A stretch of 45,382 nucleotides of DNA from Malacoraja senta (taxonomy: Eukaryota), in the NCBI GenBank assembly GCA_038087875.1, contig JAXLNO010000111.1, positions 62,001-107,382 on the forward strand, written 5' to 3'. Below, piece by piece: positions 21,591 to 33,399 of the stretch (positions are counted from its first letter, which is position 1; every line of letters begins with the position of its first letter). The notes below the pieces were generated by a model that searched no databases, was not told the DNA's origin, and saw nothing but the letters and a program-made list of their open reading frames with translations. The position numbers and the translations under genes are program-made.

Positions 21591-23330
21591 TCATCAATGG
21601 GGATCCACACAAAATGCTGCAGTAACTCAACGGGTCAGGCAACATTTCTGGAGAAGGGTCTCGACCCGAAACGTCACCTGTTCCTTTTCTCCAAACAAGC
21701 CCAGGACAAGCCATATCATTCAGATACACCCTGAAAATTGTGAATCTAACGCAAAGCTCTATGGAACTCGCGTGCAAACAGGCCTCCAGTTACTAAAACT
21801 CTGGTTACTAAAACTCCAATTACCCTTTTCTTTCTTTCACCAGGCCAATCATGATGCCAACTAACCACTTTCCATTCAATCCAATCAGCTTTTACTTCAT
21901 TGATCTTTCTGCTATGTGATTCTAATAAATGAATCCCATTATATTAGGCAGCTGTGGGGGGAGGGCGGCATTTAAAAGTTTCATTGGGTTCAAGAGATGA
22001 CGTAATATCACCCTATAAGAACGAGCCTTTATATTGGTCAACAGATCCAATCGAGTGCATCATGCAAACTTGACATCAAGTGTGAAAAATAAGTCATCCT
22101 GCAAACTTTACTTCAAATAAACCACTGGTATTATTTAACAAATGATTTCACTTGCTCACCTTATCCAGAAGTAACATTTTGGGCTGCAAATCAAACTCAT
22201 GAGTCAGATTGGTGCTGCTGAATTGCGTAGAATATTTTTTGTGGTATTTGCTAACAAATGAATGTATCCAATCTATGACTAAACAGTCCTCGTAATACGT
22301 AATAGAATATATTCGGAATATATTGGGAATATATACTCCCAGATGAAGCGGCAACGATATACCAAATCACTCCACAGAAGCACCATCAGACTGACATCTT
22401 AGGAGATGTCTGGGATCTTTGTCATGTAGATAGATTTCAAGGAACATCTTAAATAAGCAAAAGAGAAGTAGAGCTTGCTTTCCTCAAATGACATTGATGA
22501 ACCAAATGGGTTTTAATGCCAATCTGTTTTGTTTGTAGTCATTACCGATACTAGCTTCTGATTCCAGATCTTCTTTTAACTATCTGAAATTTAATTCCCC
22601 AGCTGTCACAGTGACTAGAAAACGTTTAAATACCGTATTACCAAAAGGCAGAGCAAGTGCTTTAAAAATGTTTATGTATGCCTGTGATGGTTAAATGATT
22701 TATCTTTTAGTTTTATCCTTTTATTTTTTGGAACGGTGTGTCTTTATACGTTTACAACTATTCCAAAGAAAGGTTCAAAATTATATTCACAAAATAAGGT
22801 GCAAAATTTGTTGTTTTGTCCAAAAGGCACAATGTTCTAATTTTTGAAATTTAAATTGAGCTTTTGAATATTCAGGTACAAAATAATGACCTTGTTCAAG
22901 GTTTATATCCATTCTTTCTGGTGCTTTTCATCACTAGGTTCAATGTAAGTAGTTTAAGTCAGCAAATGACTGCCATTACACAACCTCATGCAGCTACATG
23001 TCATTTTCCAAAGTGATGCAGGAGAGTGGTGTGGAAATAAATCAGTATTTGGACATCCTCATTATCCATATGGGGAAAATTAAGCCGAGTCTGACGACAG
23101 TTCTTTATTAGCTCAAATACTTTTTTGCATCTTGGGAGCTCACTGGGGGCTAACTTCGCTTCTGACCTTCCTTAAAAAAAAAAAAGAATTATGTAATCTT
23201 GAGTGGCTCATTTCACAAGAGCAGGGTTGGTGGGTGCAGAGGAAGCGAAGAAATAAAAAAGAGATGATGCAATTTGTTTTCTCCAGATTTCCCGCTGTTT
23301 TACGTATTTCATTTGGAGGCCCAAACAGGG

Positions 23331-23568
23331 GTTTAGTTTAATTTAGTTTAGAGATATAGCGCGGAAACAGACCATTTGGCCCACCGAGTCTGCACCGATC
23401 AGCGATTACCGCACACTAACACTATCCTACACACTCGGGTCAATTTTTCTACTATTTTTCCAATGCCAGTTAACCTACAAACCTGTACTTCTATGGAGTG
23501 TGGGAGAAAACCGGAGATCCTGGAGAAAATCCACACAGGTCATGGGGAGAACGTACAAACTCCATACG
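23331..23568 (-). mobile_element. HE1-type V-SINE 3' part
   Basis: Consensus match. Confidence 0.85.
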
Positions 23569-23759
23569 AGATTCTGATGTGTTCTGTTCATCAGATACAG
23601 CCAGGGATTGTACATTGACCGAGCAACTATTTGTGTGAGAGATTAATCCAGGAATGTTTGCAGGTTACCTTACTGTGAAGGTTATCACAAGGCCTGACGT
23701 AAAGGCATATCCACGCAGTTGCACTTTATAGCAGCATTTATAAATAATGATCAAGAACA

Positions 23760-23915
23760 GGAATATTGATTTTATCCTCCTGTATAACTGTAATGACTCA
23801 ATTCTTGGTCTAGCTAAGATCAGTTAACTGAACACAGGCCAGATATAGAACTCAAGATATTCTAGTCTGTGTAGCTCAGTGATTTCGAAAACAGTTAGTC
23901 ATCCACTGAGTCATC
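23760..23915 (-). mobile_element. Old tRNA-derived SINE head (family distinct from HE1)
   Basis: Reverse complement gatgactcagtggat...actgagctacacagactag...gagttctatatctggcctgtgttcagttaactgatct shows degenerate A/B boxes. Confidence 0.4.
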
Positions 23916-24108
23916 ATCTGCGCTGTCATATATCTATTTGAGAGTGCAATTTAGTATTCATTCTGACCTCATCTGAACAAATCGAGTAAATGTACATGCT
24001 GTGTTCCTTATTGGCAAGTGATGTCCAGTGGGAATGAGAGTCATGGGCTGGGTTGCAACTTTGGTGTGTTGATCCCATGACTTCCATCACCTTCAGCAAC
24101 AGCAGAAG

Positions 24109-24240
24109 CCCAGTGGTATGAATATTGATTTCTCTAACTTCAAGTAATCCTTGTATCTCCTCTCTCTCCGTCCATCCCCCACCCTAGTCTTTGTACTAGT
24201 TTCACAGTCATCCTGTTGAGTTTCATTATCTCCATACCTA
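24109..24240 (+). mobile_element. Penelope ORF end fragment
   Basis: Translates PSGMNIDFSNFK*, compare PGGMNIEFTPFC* at ~14234. Confidence 0.75.
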
Positions 24241-24427
24241 GCTTTATCTGGTGTCTGTGAAGCACAACCAACTCCAGTGTCTGAACAGTCATTTTGAATC
24301 TATCAGTGACCCATATTAAATTTGGTAAAAGAGCCATAGTCATACTGCACGGAAACAGCCTTTTGGCCCAACTTGTTCATGCTGACCTAGATCCCCTGTC
24401 TAAGCTAGACACAAAATGCTGGAGTAA

Positions 24428-25194
24428 AGGGGCTGTCCCACTGCGGTGACCTAATCCGCGTATTCAGAAGTGTGTCTTTGACCTTCAAGCTCGAGGGCAC
24501 TCGCCTGGAAAACCTCGAACTGGATTGACCATCAGCGATGAAACCACAAGCTGGATCGACCGACCGCACACAGATACACATCGCAAAGGCAGGGGCCAGG
24601 GAAAGGGGGGAAGCGCTGTCTGAAATTCATACCAGCGATGAAGAGGAAGGTAAAAGACAGCTGCACAGTGTACAGTAAGTCCTTTAGAGAGTGCGGGGGG
24701 GGGGGGGGGGAGAGAAGGGGAGAGAAGGGGAGAGAGGGGGAGAGAAGGGGAGAGAAGGGGAGAGAAGGGGAGAGAAGGGGAGAGAAGGGGAGAGAAGGGG
24801 GGAGAAGCTGGGGCAGGGGGAGGAGAAGGAGTGGAGACACTTTTAAGAAGTCAGACTCCAATGAGCCAATTAAAATGCCCGGTCAGCGAAGGAGATTGCC
24901 AACAGCTGCCCTCGACTGCCTGTAACTAAATAGCGACCCCACTCCACACCACTACGAGTTTAAAAGAACCATGCCGACAAATTTTTACTCGCGGAAAATG
25001 TTTCAACAAGCTGGAAAATGTTTCCGCGACCTAGCTGAGGCCGCGTGTATGCGGGAACTTCCATCGAGCATGAAGGAGAGTTCCAGTGACCTCATAGGAC
25101 CTCCTAGGACCACGTGTCGACCAGGCTGCGAGTTTGAGTCGAGGGCAAACTCTTCGAAACTCACAGATTAGGTCGCCGCAGTGGGACAGGCCCT
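24428..25194. mobile_element. Harbinger-like MITE inserted in a Penelope-derived short element
   Basis: ggagTAA|AGGGGCTGTCCCACTGCGG...CCGCAGTGGGACAGGCCCT|TAActcagc. The host consensus ggagTAActcagc shows the TSD is 3 bp. Confidence 0.9.
24695..24830. repeat. Polypurine minisatellite (GGGGAGAGAA)n inside the MITE
   Basis: G-run followed by about nine 10-bp units. Confidence 0.9.
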
Positions 25195-26137
25195 TAACTC
25201 AGCGGGACATGACAGGCTGCATCTCTGGAGAGAGGGAGGTGACTTTTTGGGTCGAGACCCTTCTTCAGACTCAAAATTGTCTGCTCCCTTGTCTAAGCTA
25301 ATCCCATTTGCCCACATATGAGCCATATCCCTCTCAACCTTTCCTATCTATGTACCTGTCCAAATGACTTTTTAATGTTGTTACTGTACCTGCCTCAACT
25401 ACTGTTCCATAGACCCACCACCCGCTTTCCAATAAGGAACCTCATCAAAGGTTTTGCTGAAGCCCATGTAGACTATGTCTCTGACCTTTCCCTCATCAAC
25501 CTTGACTACTTCAAAAAATTAATCAAATTCATGAGACACAATCTTACTTGCACTAAACCATGCAGATTATCACAAATCAACCCGTCTTTCCAAATGCACA
25601 TAAATCTTATCTCTCCAAATCCTCTCCAGTAACTTACCTAAAACGGATTTTGGACTTACTGACCTATAGTTTCCTGGTATTTCTTTGCAGCCCTTCTTAA
25701 ATAGTGGCACAAAGCTATATGCTCTCCAGTCTTCTGGCATCTCACCTGTACCTAACAATGATTGGTATATCTCAGCCAAGGTTCCTGCAATTTCTACGCT
25801 ACTTCCCACAATGTCCTTGGATATTTCTGATCAGGCCCAGAGATTTACCTAACTTCACATGTTTTCAGACACACAACACCTCATTGACTGTAATACAGTC
25901 TACCTTAAAGACATAACCATTGACTTTTCCAAATTCCCTAGTCCTCATGTCTTTCCCGATGGTAAAAATGGGAGTAATATTCATTGAGAACTTCCCCATC
26001 TCCTGCAGCCTCATACAGGGATGATCATTTTGGTTTCTGAGGAGCCCAATTCTCTTAATAGTTACCTTTTTTCCTTTACTGTGGCTACAAAATCTCTTTA
26101 AATTCTCCATAATCTTATCTACCCTCCAGATTTCCTT

Positions 26138-26634
26138 ACATAGAAACATAGAAAATAGGTGCAGGAGTAGGCCTTTCGGCCCTTCGAGCCTGCACCGTCA
26201 TTCAATATGATCATGGCTGATCATCCAACTCAGTATCCTGTACCTGCCTTCTCTCCATACCCCCTGATCCCTTTAGCCACAAGGGCCACATCTAACTCCC
26301 TCTTAAATATAGCCAATGAACTGGCCTCAACTACCTTCTGTGGCAGAGAATTCCACAGATTCACCACTCTCTGTGTGAAATATGATTTTCTCATCTCGGT
26401 CCTAAATGACTTCCCCCTTATCCTTAAACTGTGACTTCTTGTTCTGGACTTCCCCAACATCGGGAACAATCATCCTGCATCTAGCCTGTCCAACCCCTTA
26501 AGAATCTTGTAAGTTTCTGTAAGATCCCCCCTCAATCTTCTAAATTCTAGCGAGTACAAGCCGAGTCTATCCAGTCTTTCTTCATATGAAAGTCCTGCCA
26601 TCCCAGGAATCAGTCTGGTGAACCTTCTCTGTAC
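26138..26634 (-). mobile_element. Young CR1 3' fragment
   Basis: Near-identical to 9176-9675; flanked by TTCCTT (26132-26137, 26635-26640). Confidence 0.92.
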
Positions 26635-26932
26635 TTCCTTCTTAAGTATGGTCCTCTATCCCTTAAACTTCACCAGAGATACACTTGATGCCAGCTGTCT
26701 ATATCTGACCAGACCTCCTTTTTGCTGACCAGAGCTTCAATTTCTCGTCATCCAGGGTTCTTATTCCTGCCTGCCTGGCCCTTCACTCTTACAGAAACAT
26801 GCAAAACTTGAACTCTCACCATCTCACTTTTAAAAACCTTCCACTTTCTGGACGTCCCTTTGCTCGCCAACCAGCTATTGCAATCAACCTTCGCAAGTTT
26901 CTGTCTCATAGTTGGCCTTGTCCCAGTTTGGA

Positions 26933-26934
<2 letters not shown>

Positions 26935-26975
<41 letters not shown>

Positions 26976-27496
26976 TTATTTATTAGAAGTACATTACATC
27001 ACAGCCACATACATTAATACTCGTCATTTATATCTTCTTACAATTAATGTACTCCCTTTATTTATTTTTTTACACTAAAGAAAGAAAAGATTGAAAGAGA
27101 GAAGAAAGTGAAGGAAAAAGTGCAAGTGTAGAAAAGTGTAGAAAATGTAACAACAAAAAAGGACGAAGACCCTATGAGAGCGAAATTAAAAACAAAAAGA
27201 AAAAGAGTTAAGAAATAGGCCCTAAGAAAAGAAAAGAGAGAGAGAAAAAAAGAAAAACAAATGTTTTTTTTGAGCATCACGTAAATAGGACATACCAACT
27301 CTTCAACTATCATCCCCCCTTACCCGACCTCAATTTTTTATTTTTTTAAAGTACTTTTGCACCCTATGTTTGTAATAATTCTATAAATGCAGACCACGTC
27401 AGGTGGAAGTGATCTGGTTTACCTGCTAGGAGGAGTCTTATCTCTTCAAGGTGTAGTGTTTCAAACATATTTGAAATCCACATATTTATAGTTGGG
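26935..27496 (-). mobile_element. 5'-truncated L1-clade LINE
   Basis: Pure poly(T) at 26935-26970 next to a reverse AATAAA. ORF2 end PPTINMWISNMFETLHLEEIRLLLAGKPDHFHLTWSAFIELLQT*. TSD GGATCTTT (26930-26937, 27497-27504) at a TTT/AA site. Confidence 0.85.
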
Positions 27497-27600
27497 GGAT
27501 CTTTAACTTTTGGACCAGCCCTGTGCAATTCTATGACCATTTAAAAACTAGTAGAACTGCAATGGCTGATCCCAAAGTACTCACTTCCAGAATACCCTTA

Positions 27601-28295
27601 AGCCCCTGTCCCACTTCCGTGTCCTTGGCACGCTAATTACGCGACCTCGTGGTCGCGTTGAGGCGCGACGGTCCCGCGAAGGTCGCGCGTGACTTCATGT
27701 GTCCGCACAGACGTCTGGAGCGCGTGACGTCATTTGAAGATGGACACTAAATGCAGGAGTAACTCAGCGGGACCGGCAGCTTCTCTGGAGAGAACCAATG
27801 GCCGATGTTTCGGGTCGAGACTCTTCTTCAGTCTGAAAGAAGGGTCTTGACCCGAAACGTCACCCATTGCTTCTCTCCAGAGATGTTGCCGGTCCCGCTG
27901 AGTTACTCCAGCATTTTGTGTCCATCTTCAATTTTCTTGGCCCCGCTCTGGGAGTAGAAGTGGGGGCGGATCCAGACCACAACGGCCGTGAGCCCCAGGC
28001 CGAGCTCGGCGATCGTTTGCCTGTTTTTGCTGCTGTTGGAGGTGAGACGTTGCGTCACGCCAGGGTCTTGGGCTTGTCCCACTTTGGCCGTCAGTTACGC
28101 AACAGGCCGTTGGCGCGCAAAGATTTAGTTTGCTACAAAATCCTGGAGCGCCGCGCGATACCGCGCACAACTCCATACCCCTCCGCACTTCTCAGTGGGA
28201 CTGGCCCCGCGCGGCCACACGATGCCCGTGCGCCTCAACGCGCCGACGAGATCGCGTAATTTGCGTGCCAAGGACACGTAAGTGGGACAGGCCCT
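27601..28295 (+). mobile_element. Intact PIF/Harbinger-like MITE carrying an internal Penelope-derived palindrome
   Basis: TTA|AGCCCCTGTCCCACTT...AAGTGGGACAGGCCCT|TTA; palindrome at 27734-27931. Confidence 0.9.
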
Positions 28296-28837
28296 TTAGT
28301 CACTTGCCCTGCCTTAGTTCTTGAGAGTAATTTAAGCTTAGCCCTCTTCTCTTATAGAACTGTGTATATATTACTGGAGGAAACTTTCCCACTTGACAAG
28401 TTCAACCCAATCTAAATCCTTGGCACTAGTGCAGTCCCAGTGTATATTAGGAAATTAAAAATCCTCTACAATGACAGCGGTGCTAGCTCGATGGGCCGAA
28501 TGGCCTACTCTTGCACCTATTTTCTATGTTTCTATTAGTCTTTCAGCTGTCTGCAATCTTCAGGGATATTTGTTTCCGTTTACTATTTGGGGCCCACAGT
28601 ACAATCCCCAAAAAGTGATCATCTCTTTTTAATTTCTTAGCTCCACCCAAAGTCTCACTGGGTAACCCCTCCGTAATGTTCTCTCTGACGACTGCAGTGA
28701 TGCTCTACTTAACCAATAAAGTAATTCCCCTTCTTCTCTTACCCACACACCAAACTCATTAAATATGTTAATTGTTAAGTGTGTTTTTTCTCTGGACTGG
28801 GCTGGAAGTAAACATAATCCAGATCAGGTGAAGGTCA

Positions 28838-29080
28838 TATGTAGGAAGGAACTGCTGATGCTGGTTTAAACCAATGATGGACACAAAAAGCTGGGGTAAC
28901 TCAGCTGGTCAGGCTACATCTCTGGTGAAAAGGAATAGATGATGTTTTGGACTGAGAGTCAGGGAAAAGGGAAACGAGAGATATAGACGGAGATATAGAG
29001 AGATATAGAACAAATGAATTAAAATGATATGCAAAACAGTAACGATGATCGAGGAAAGGTGGAGCCCACAATGGTCCATT
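28838..29080 (-). mobile_element. Penelope-derived terminal repeat
   Basis: atgtaggaaggaactgctgatgctggtttaaacc...aactcagc is the reverse of the 18289 family end. Confidence 0.75.
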
Positions 29081-29757
29081 GAGTATGAGTAGAGCCGAGT
29101 AGAGTTTGTGCTTGTGCCACTGATATAACGTTGGGTGAGAGAGGGATGTCAGCATGCTGCAGAACTCTCCTGGTTGTTATTTCAGTTATTGTTCTTTCTG
29201 TTGTGAAATGTAAAACTGGTCATGACCCACTATCATGTATTTTACCCATAGCTGAGCAAAGACCTGGCCCAGCATGGGTTAACAAATGTTTTCAGAAAAG
29301 TTTAATGTGAAAACAGATCATCACTTGCGGTGAATGCAGTAGAGAGATTTGCTGGCTCCCTACAGGCATGTCAGAACAAATTCTTTCAACACCTGCCCTT
29401 CTCTTCTCTGGAAGCTTTTCTTCTGCGAGTCTTAAAAAGCAAGAAATTCACATCAGCAACCAACAGCTAGCTGGTGATCGTTTCAAAATCTGCTTGGTGT
29501 TGGGGATGGTGATTGGGTCCCTCCTGATGATGGATCAGGGTTATTCAGTCAACTGAATTCAAAATCCGAAATCAACAATTCTAGATTAGAATGCTGATTG
29601 AACCACATTTGCAGTTCCTCAAAAAAAGATTCAAAATGTGGGTCCTAACACATTTCTTCCCGTAGTACAGTTCCGTTTCATAAGCCCAAGTAACCATATT
29701 CAGAGTCAAGAGCTTTTAATTTTCAAATATACTCGGAACAATAAAATCTTTACTTGT

Positions 29758-30380
29758 CGACAAAAACTGCTGGAGTAACTCAGCGGGACAGGCAGCATCT
29801 CTGGAATAGGTGACGTTTCGGGTCAAGACCTTTCATCAGTCTGAAGAAGGGTCTCGATCAGAAACAGATCAGTCTGAAGAATCATAATAATCATAATCAT
29901 AATAATAATCATCATCATAAAAGTACTTTAATAGCCAAGTATGTTTTGCAACATACGAGGAATTTGAGTTGCCATAGTCATACCAATAAAGAGCAACAAG
30001 ACACCAAATAATTTTTTTAACATGAACATCCCCCACATTCATCACTGTGATGGAAGGCAAAAAAAGTTAAATCTTCTTCCTTTCTTTGTTCTCCCGTGGT
30101 CGGGGCACTCGGGCCTACCGTTGTTGGGGCGATCATGGCTCCCTCAGCCAGCGGTCGATCCCTCCGCATCACGGCGATCTCAGCTCCCCGCGCCATGCGA
30201 TCGGACTCCGGGTCGGAGCTGGTCAAACCTTCTGCGACTTGGAGCTTCCCAAGACTGCGAGCTCCACGATGACCTCCTTCACCTATTCCTTCTCTCCAGA
30301 GATGCTGCCTGTCCCGCTGAGTTACTCCAGCATTTTGCGCCTACCTTCGAATTAAACCAGCATCTGCAGTTCTATCCTAC
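29758..30380. mobile_element. Head-to-head Penelope-derived element interrupted by the 29881-30270 retroposon
   Basis: gacgtttcgggtcaagacctttcatcagtctgaagaagggtctcga centre; right arm resumes at ~30279. Confidence 0.75.
29881..30270 (-). mobile_element. 5'-truncated copy of the 1015-1647 retroposon family
   Basis: Reverse complement matches ~1360-1645, including the (atcata)n tail. Confidence 0.85.
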
Positions 30381-30519
30381 AAATTCTTACTTGTTGCAGG
30401 CTTACTGGTCCATTAACATAATAGCACACAAATCAATAATAAAAAAGCTAATAATCAGTAACTAGTCCATAATAGTAAAAAATTATGAAAAAGGTGCAAT
30501 GAAAACAAAGTCCATGGTA

Positions 30520-30870
30520 GATCGTTGCTGAGGTAGGGTTGGGTTGAGGTTGTAAAGTGTGGTTCAAAAACTTGATAGTTGCTGGGAAGAAGCTGTTCTT
30601 GAACCTGGTTGTCATGGTTTTCAGGATCCTGTACCTTATTCTACGAGAGTGAGGCCAAGGTGGTGTGGGTCTGATGATATCAGTTTTCTTTTTTAAGGCA
30701 GTCTCCTGTAGATTCCATTGATGGTGGGAAGGTCAATACCCATGATGGACCGTGCAATGTCCACCACTTTTTGCGGCCTTCTTTGTTCCTGGGCATTCAT
30801 GTTGTCGAACCAGGCTGTGATGCAACCAGTCAGTATGCTCTCTACCGTACACCTGTTGATGTGTGATAGA
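30520..30870 (-). mobile_element. Rex1/Babar-like LINE ORF C-terminal fragment
   Basis: RCTVESILTGCITAWF...QKVVDIARSIMGIDLPTINGIYRR. Confidence 0.8.
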
Positions 30871-31281
30871 ATATTCAGCGACACGTCAGATGCAACGTAA
30901 ATGGAGAAAGCCACGATGAAGAGGACCTGATGAGGCTGAAGCTCTGGCCATTTGGCTTATCCTATAAAGAGAGAGTCATTTTTCAGGTTTATGTCAATTG
31001 CACCTTTGAATGGAAGGGAGTGGAATGAAAAGTCCTCCATTGTGAGCACAAATTCAACTAGCTGATGAAAGGTAGTGGCAGAAGATAGTGGTGTGGCACT
31101 AAACTTGTGCTGCATGGGATAGCACCAAAACAGATCTGGCCACTCCAAATTGGGCATCTCGGAGACATTGGGGGCACAAAGTATACCATTGGAAAATGGA
31201 AACTCATGTTCCAACACATCACTCACACCACCAATGCAAACAAGTTATTTCCATTACAAGTTTCAACAAGTTCAGAACATA

Positions 31282-31714
31282 TGTGTAGGAAGGAACTGCA
31301 GGTGCTGGTTTTAACCAAAGATAGATACAAAAAACTGGAGTAAGACTGTATCCTGTACCCTGAAGAAGGGTCTCACACAGAGAGTGGTGAATCTCTGGAA
31401 CTCTCTGCCACAGAGGGTAGTTGAGGCCAGTTCATTGGCTATATTTAAGAGGGAGTTAGATGTGGCCCTTGTGGCTAAAGGGATCAGGGGGTATGGAGAG
31501 AAGGCAGGTACGGGATACTGAGTTGGAAGATCAGCCATGATCATATTGAATGGCGGTGCAGGCTCGAAGGGCCGAATGGCCTACTCCTGCGCCTATTTTC
31601 TATGTATCTATGTATCTATGTCTCGACCCAAAACATCACCCATTCCTTTTCTCCAGAGATTCTGCCCGACTCGTTGAGTTACTCCAGTTTTTTTGTGTCT
31701 ATCTTCAGAACATT
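31282..31714. mobile_element. Head-to-head Penelope-derived element with CR1 inserted in its hammerhead stem II
   Basis: Flanking repeat GTTCAGAACATA (31270-31281, 31715-31726); ctgaagaagggtctc|CR1|gtctcgacccaaaacatc. Confidence 0.8.
31375..31619 (+). mobile_element. Young CR1 3' end
   Basis: Matches the reverse of 9170-9413; TSD GTCTC (31370-31374, 31620-31624). Confidence 0.9.
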
Positions 31715-33399
31715 GTTCAGAACATAGTTCCATTGTTTCTGAAAGGCGCACCAGCTGGCAAAGTCCATATCTCTAGCAAAACCATCATTCAGTGCAACAT
31801 AATACATGTGCATCACCCACATGATGAGCTGGAATCATTGACTGTAATCATCGAAGATTAACTCAATGTGGCTTGTGGCCTCTTTTGTCCCATAAATGAA
31901 AATAAAAAGAATACCATTCAAAAGAAAAAAAAGAATCTCTGCTACAAGAACTGGACTGACTTTTAAAATACGTACTCAAGGTCAAATATATTTGGATCAT
32001 ACGTACAGGTTGGAGAAAACCATTAATAAAATGAGGTATTTTTTGCATGAATGGTTGCAAGTATTAGCTCCTTCTCCTTCACCCTCATCTAACATTAAGA
32101 TTGATTGTTTTGAAACTAAAGCTGAAATTTTGATTTTTTTCCCCCCTGTAGCGTTTTCTGCAGTATCACAAAAACTGATGAAACATGCAAGTTAATCTAC
32201 TAGTTAGGTATCGGGGACAGGTCAACTCTGACCCCCGTTTCATATCCCACAACTCTTGATGCCGAAAATTAATAATGGATTTTTGATTCAGTGACTCAAT
32301 AACCCTTGCTCCTTTAAATGTTCTTTTGTTGGATAGTGGGGGGAAAAAAAACCTGGATAAGAGTTTGATGACAACAGTGTTCCCTGGTTCAGGGACAAAG
32401 GAGTAGGAAGAAGTAATGGAAACACAGAACTGCAGATGCTGCTTTACAAAAACATATAAGAAGCCAAAAATATAACGAAGGAAACAAAATGTACAAGAAA
32501 GCCCTTCCCTCCACCCCAAAAATAAAATCACCCCACTGTGAAGATGAGCATCTGTATACTCCTCCTTATGAAGAGACATTGCAGACCCCATCACCCTTGC
32601 TATTTCCTGATAATGTTTTTCCTAAACATATTTTAAGAATGTGACACTCTCCATGCCTTTCTATTCATATCTAACCTATTTTATGAAATTCTCTACTATT
32701 AATTCCTTGGTTTATACCTCTTAGCCATTTTACATACCCCCCCTTGAGTATTTAAGATTCTATGGTATACTAGCATCAATGAGGGTGCCCCTTTGTTTTT
32801 CAGTTTAAACCAGATGGCTCATTTATTGTTTTTCAAATCGGTTTCAGTCAGAAACATCTGTTATATTTCACTACCTTTAACATACTTGGATTTGCTTTAG
32901 CTTTATAACTTTTAATGATGTGCTTCAAAACCTCCAGCGGCTTATAAACTTTCATGGTTTTTAATCTCCAAAGGTTTATTGTGGGCAAATCCCATTAAAA
33001 AAAACATGCATCCACTATAAGGATTGGAGAGTTAACTAGTTTACAACTGCAGGAGCATTTATGTATTGCCTCATCTGTTTTTCTTTCCTGCAAATTATCA
33101 TTTGCAGTCTTCCTACAGCTGGTGAATCAGTACTCCTCCATGTTGGGCAGCAATTGGAAGCAGCACCAAAAAACATGAAGGATGCAGACTGTTGCCTGGG
33201 AGGGGATCAATGCAAATCACCAAAGGTTGATTAGTAAATCTTTAGTGATCTGACCATGTCTTGGAGGACATCCCTGCCACAGTAAGGTTGTGGTAAAACA
33301 GTGGAACCACTAACTGGGAAAGAAGAATATGTAAATATTTGCATTCCAAATGATAACATAATCTAGTGGAAACAAGACTGAGGTACATACAACAATCTT

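Larger units (their letters stand above)
25290..28720 (-). mobile_element. Old fragmented CR1 LINE hosting several later insertions
   Basis: ORF remnants IAGTLAEIYQSLLGTGEMPEDWR...PLFKKG...NYRSVS. Host sequence resumes after each insertion. Confidence 0.75.
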
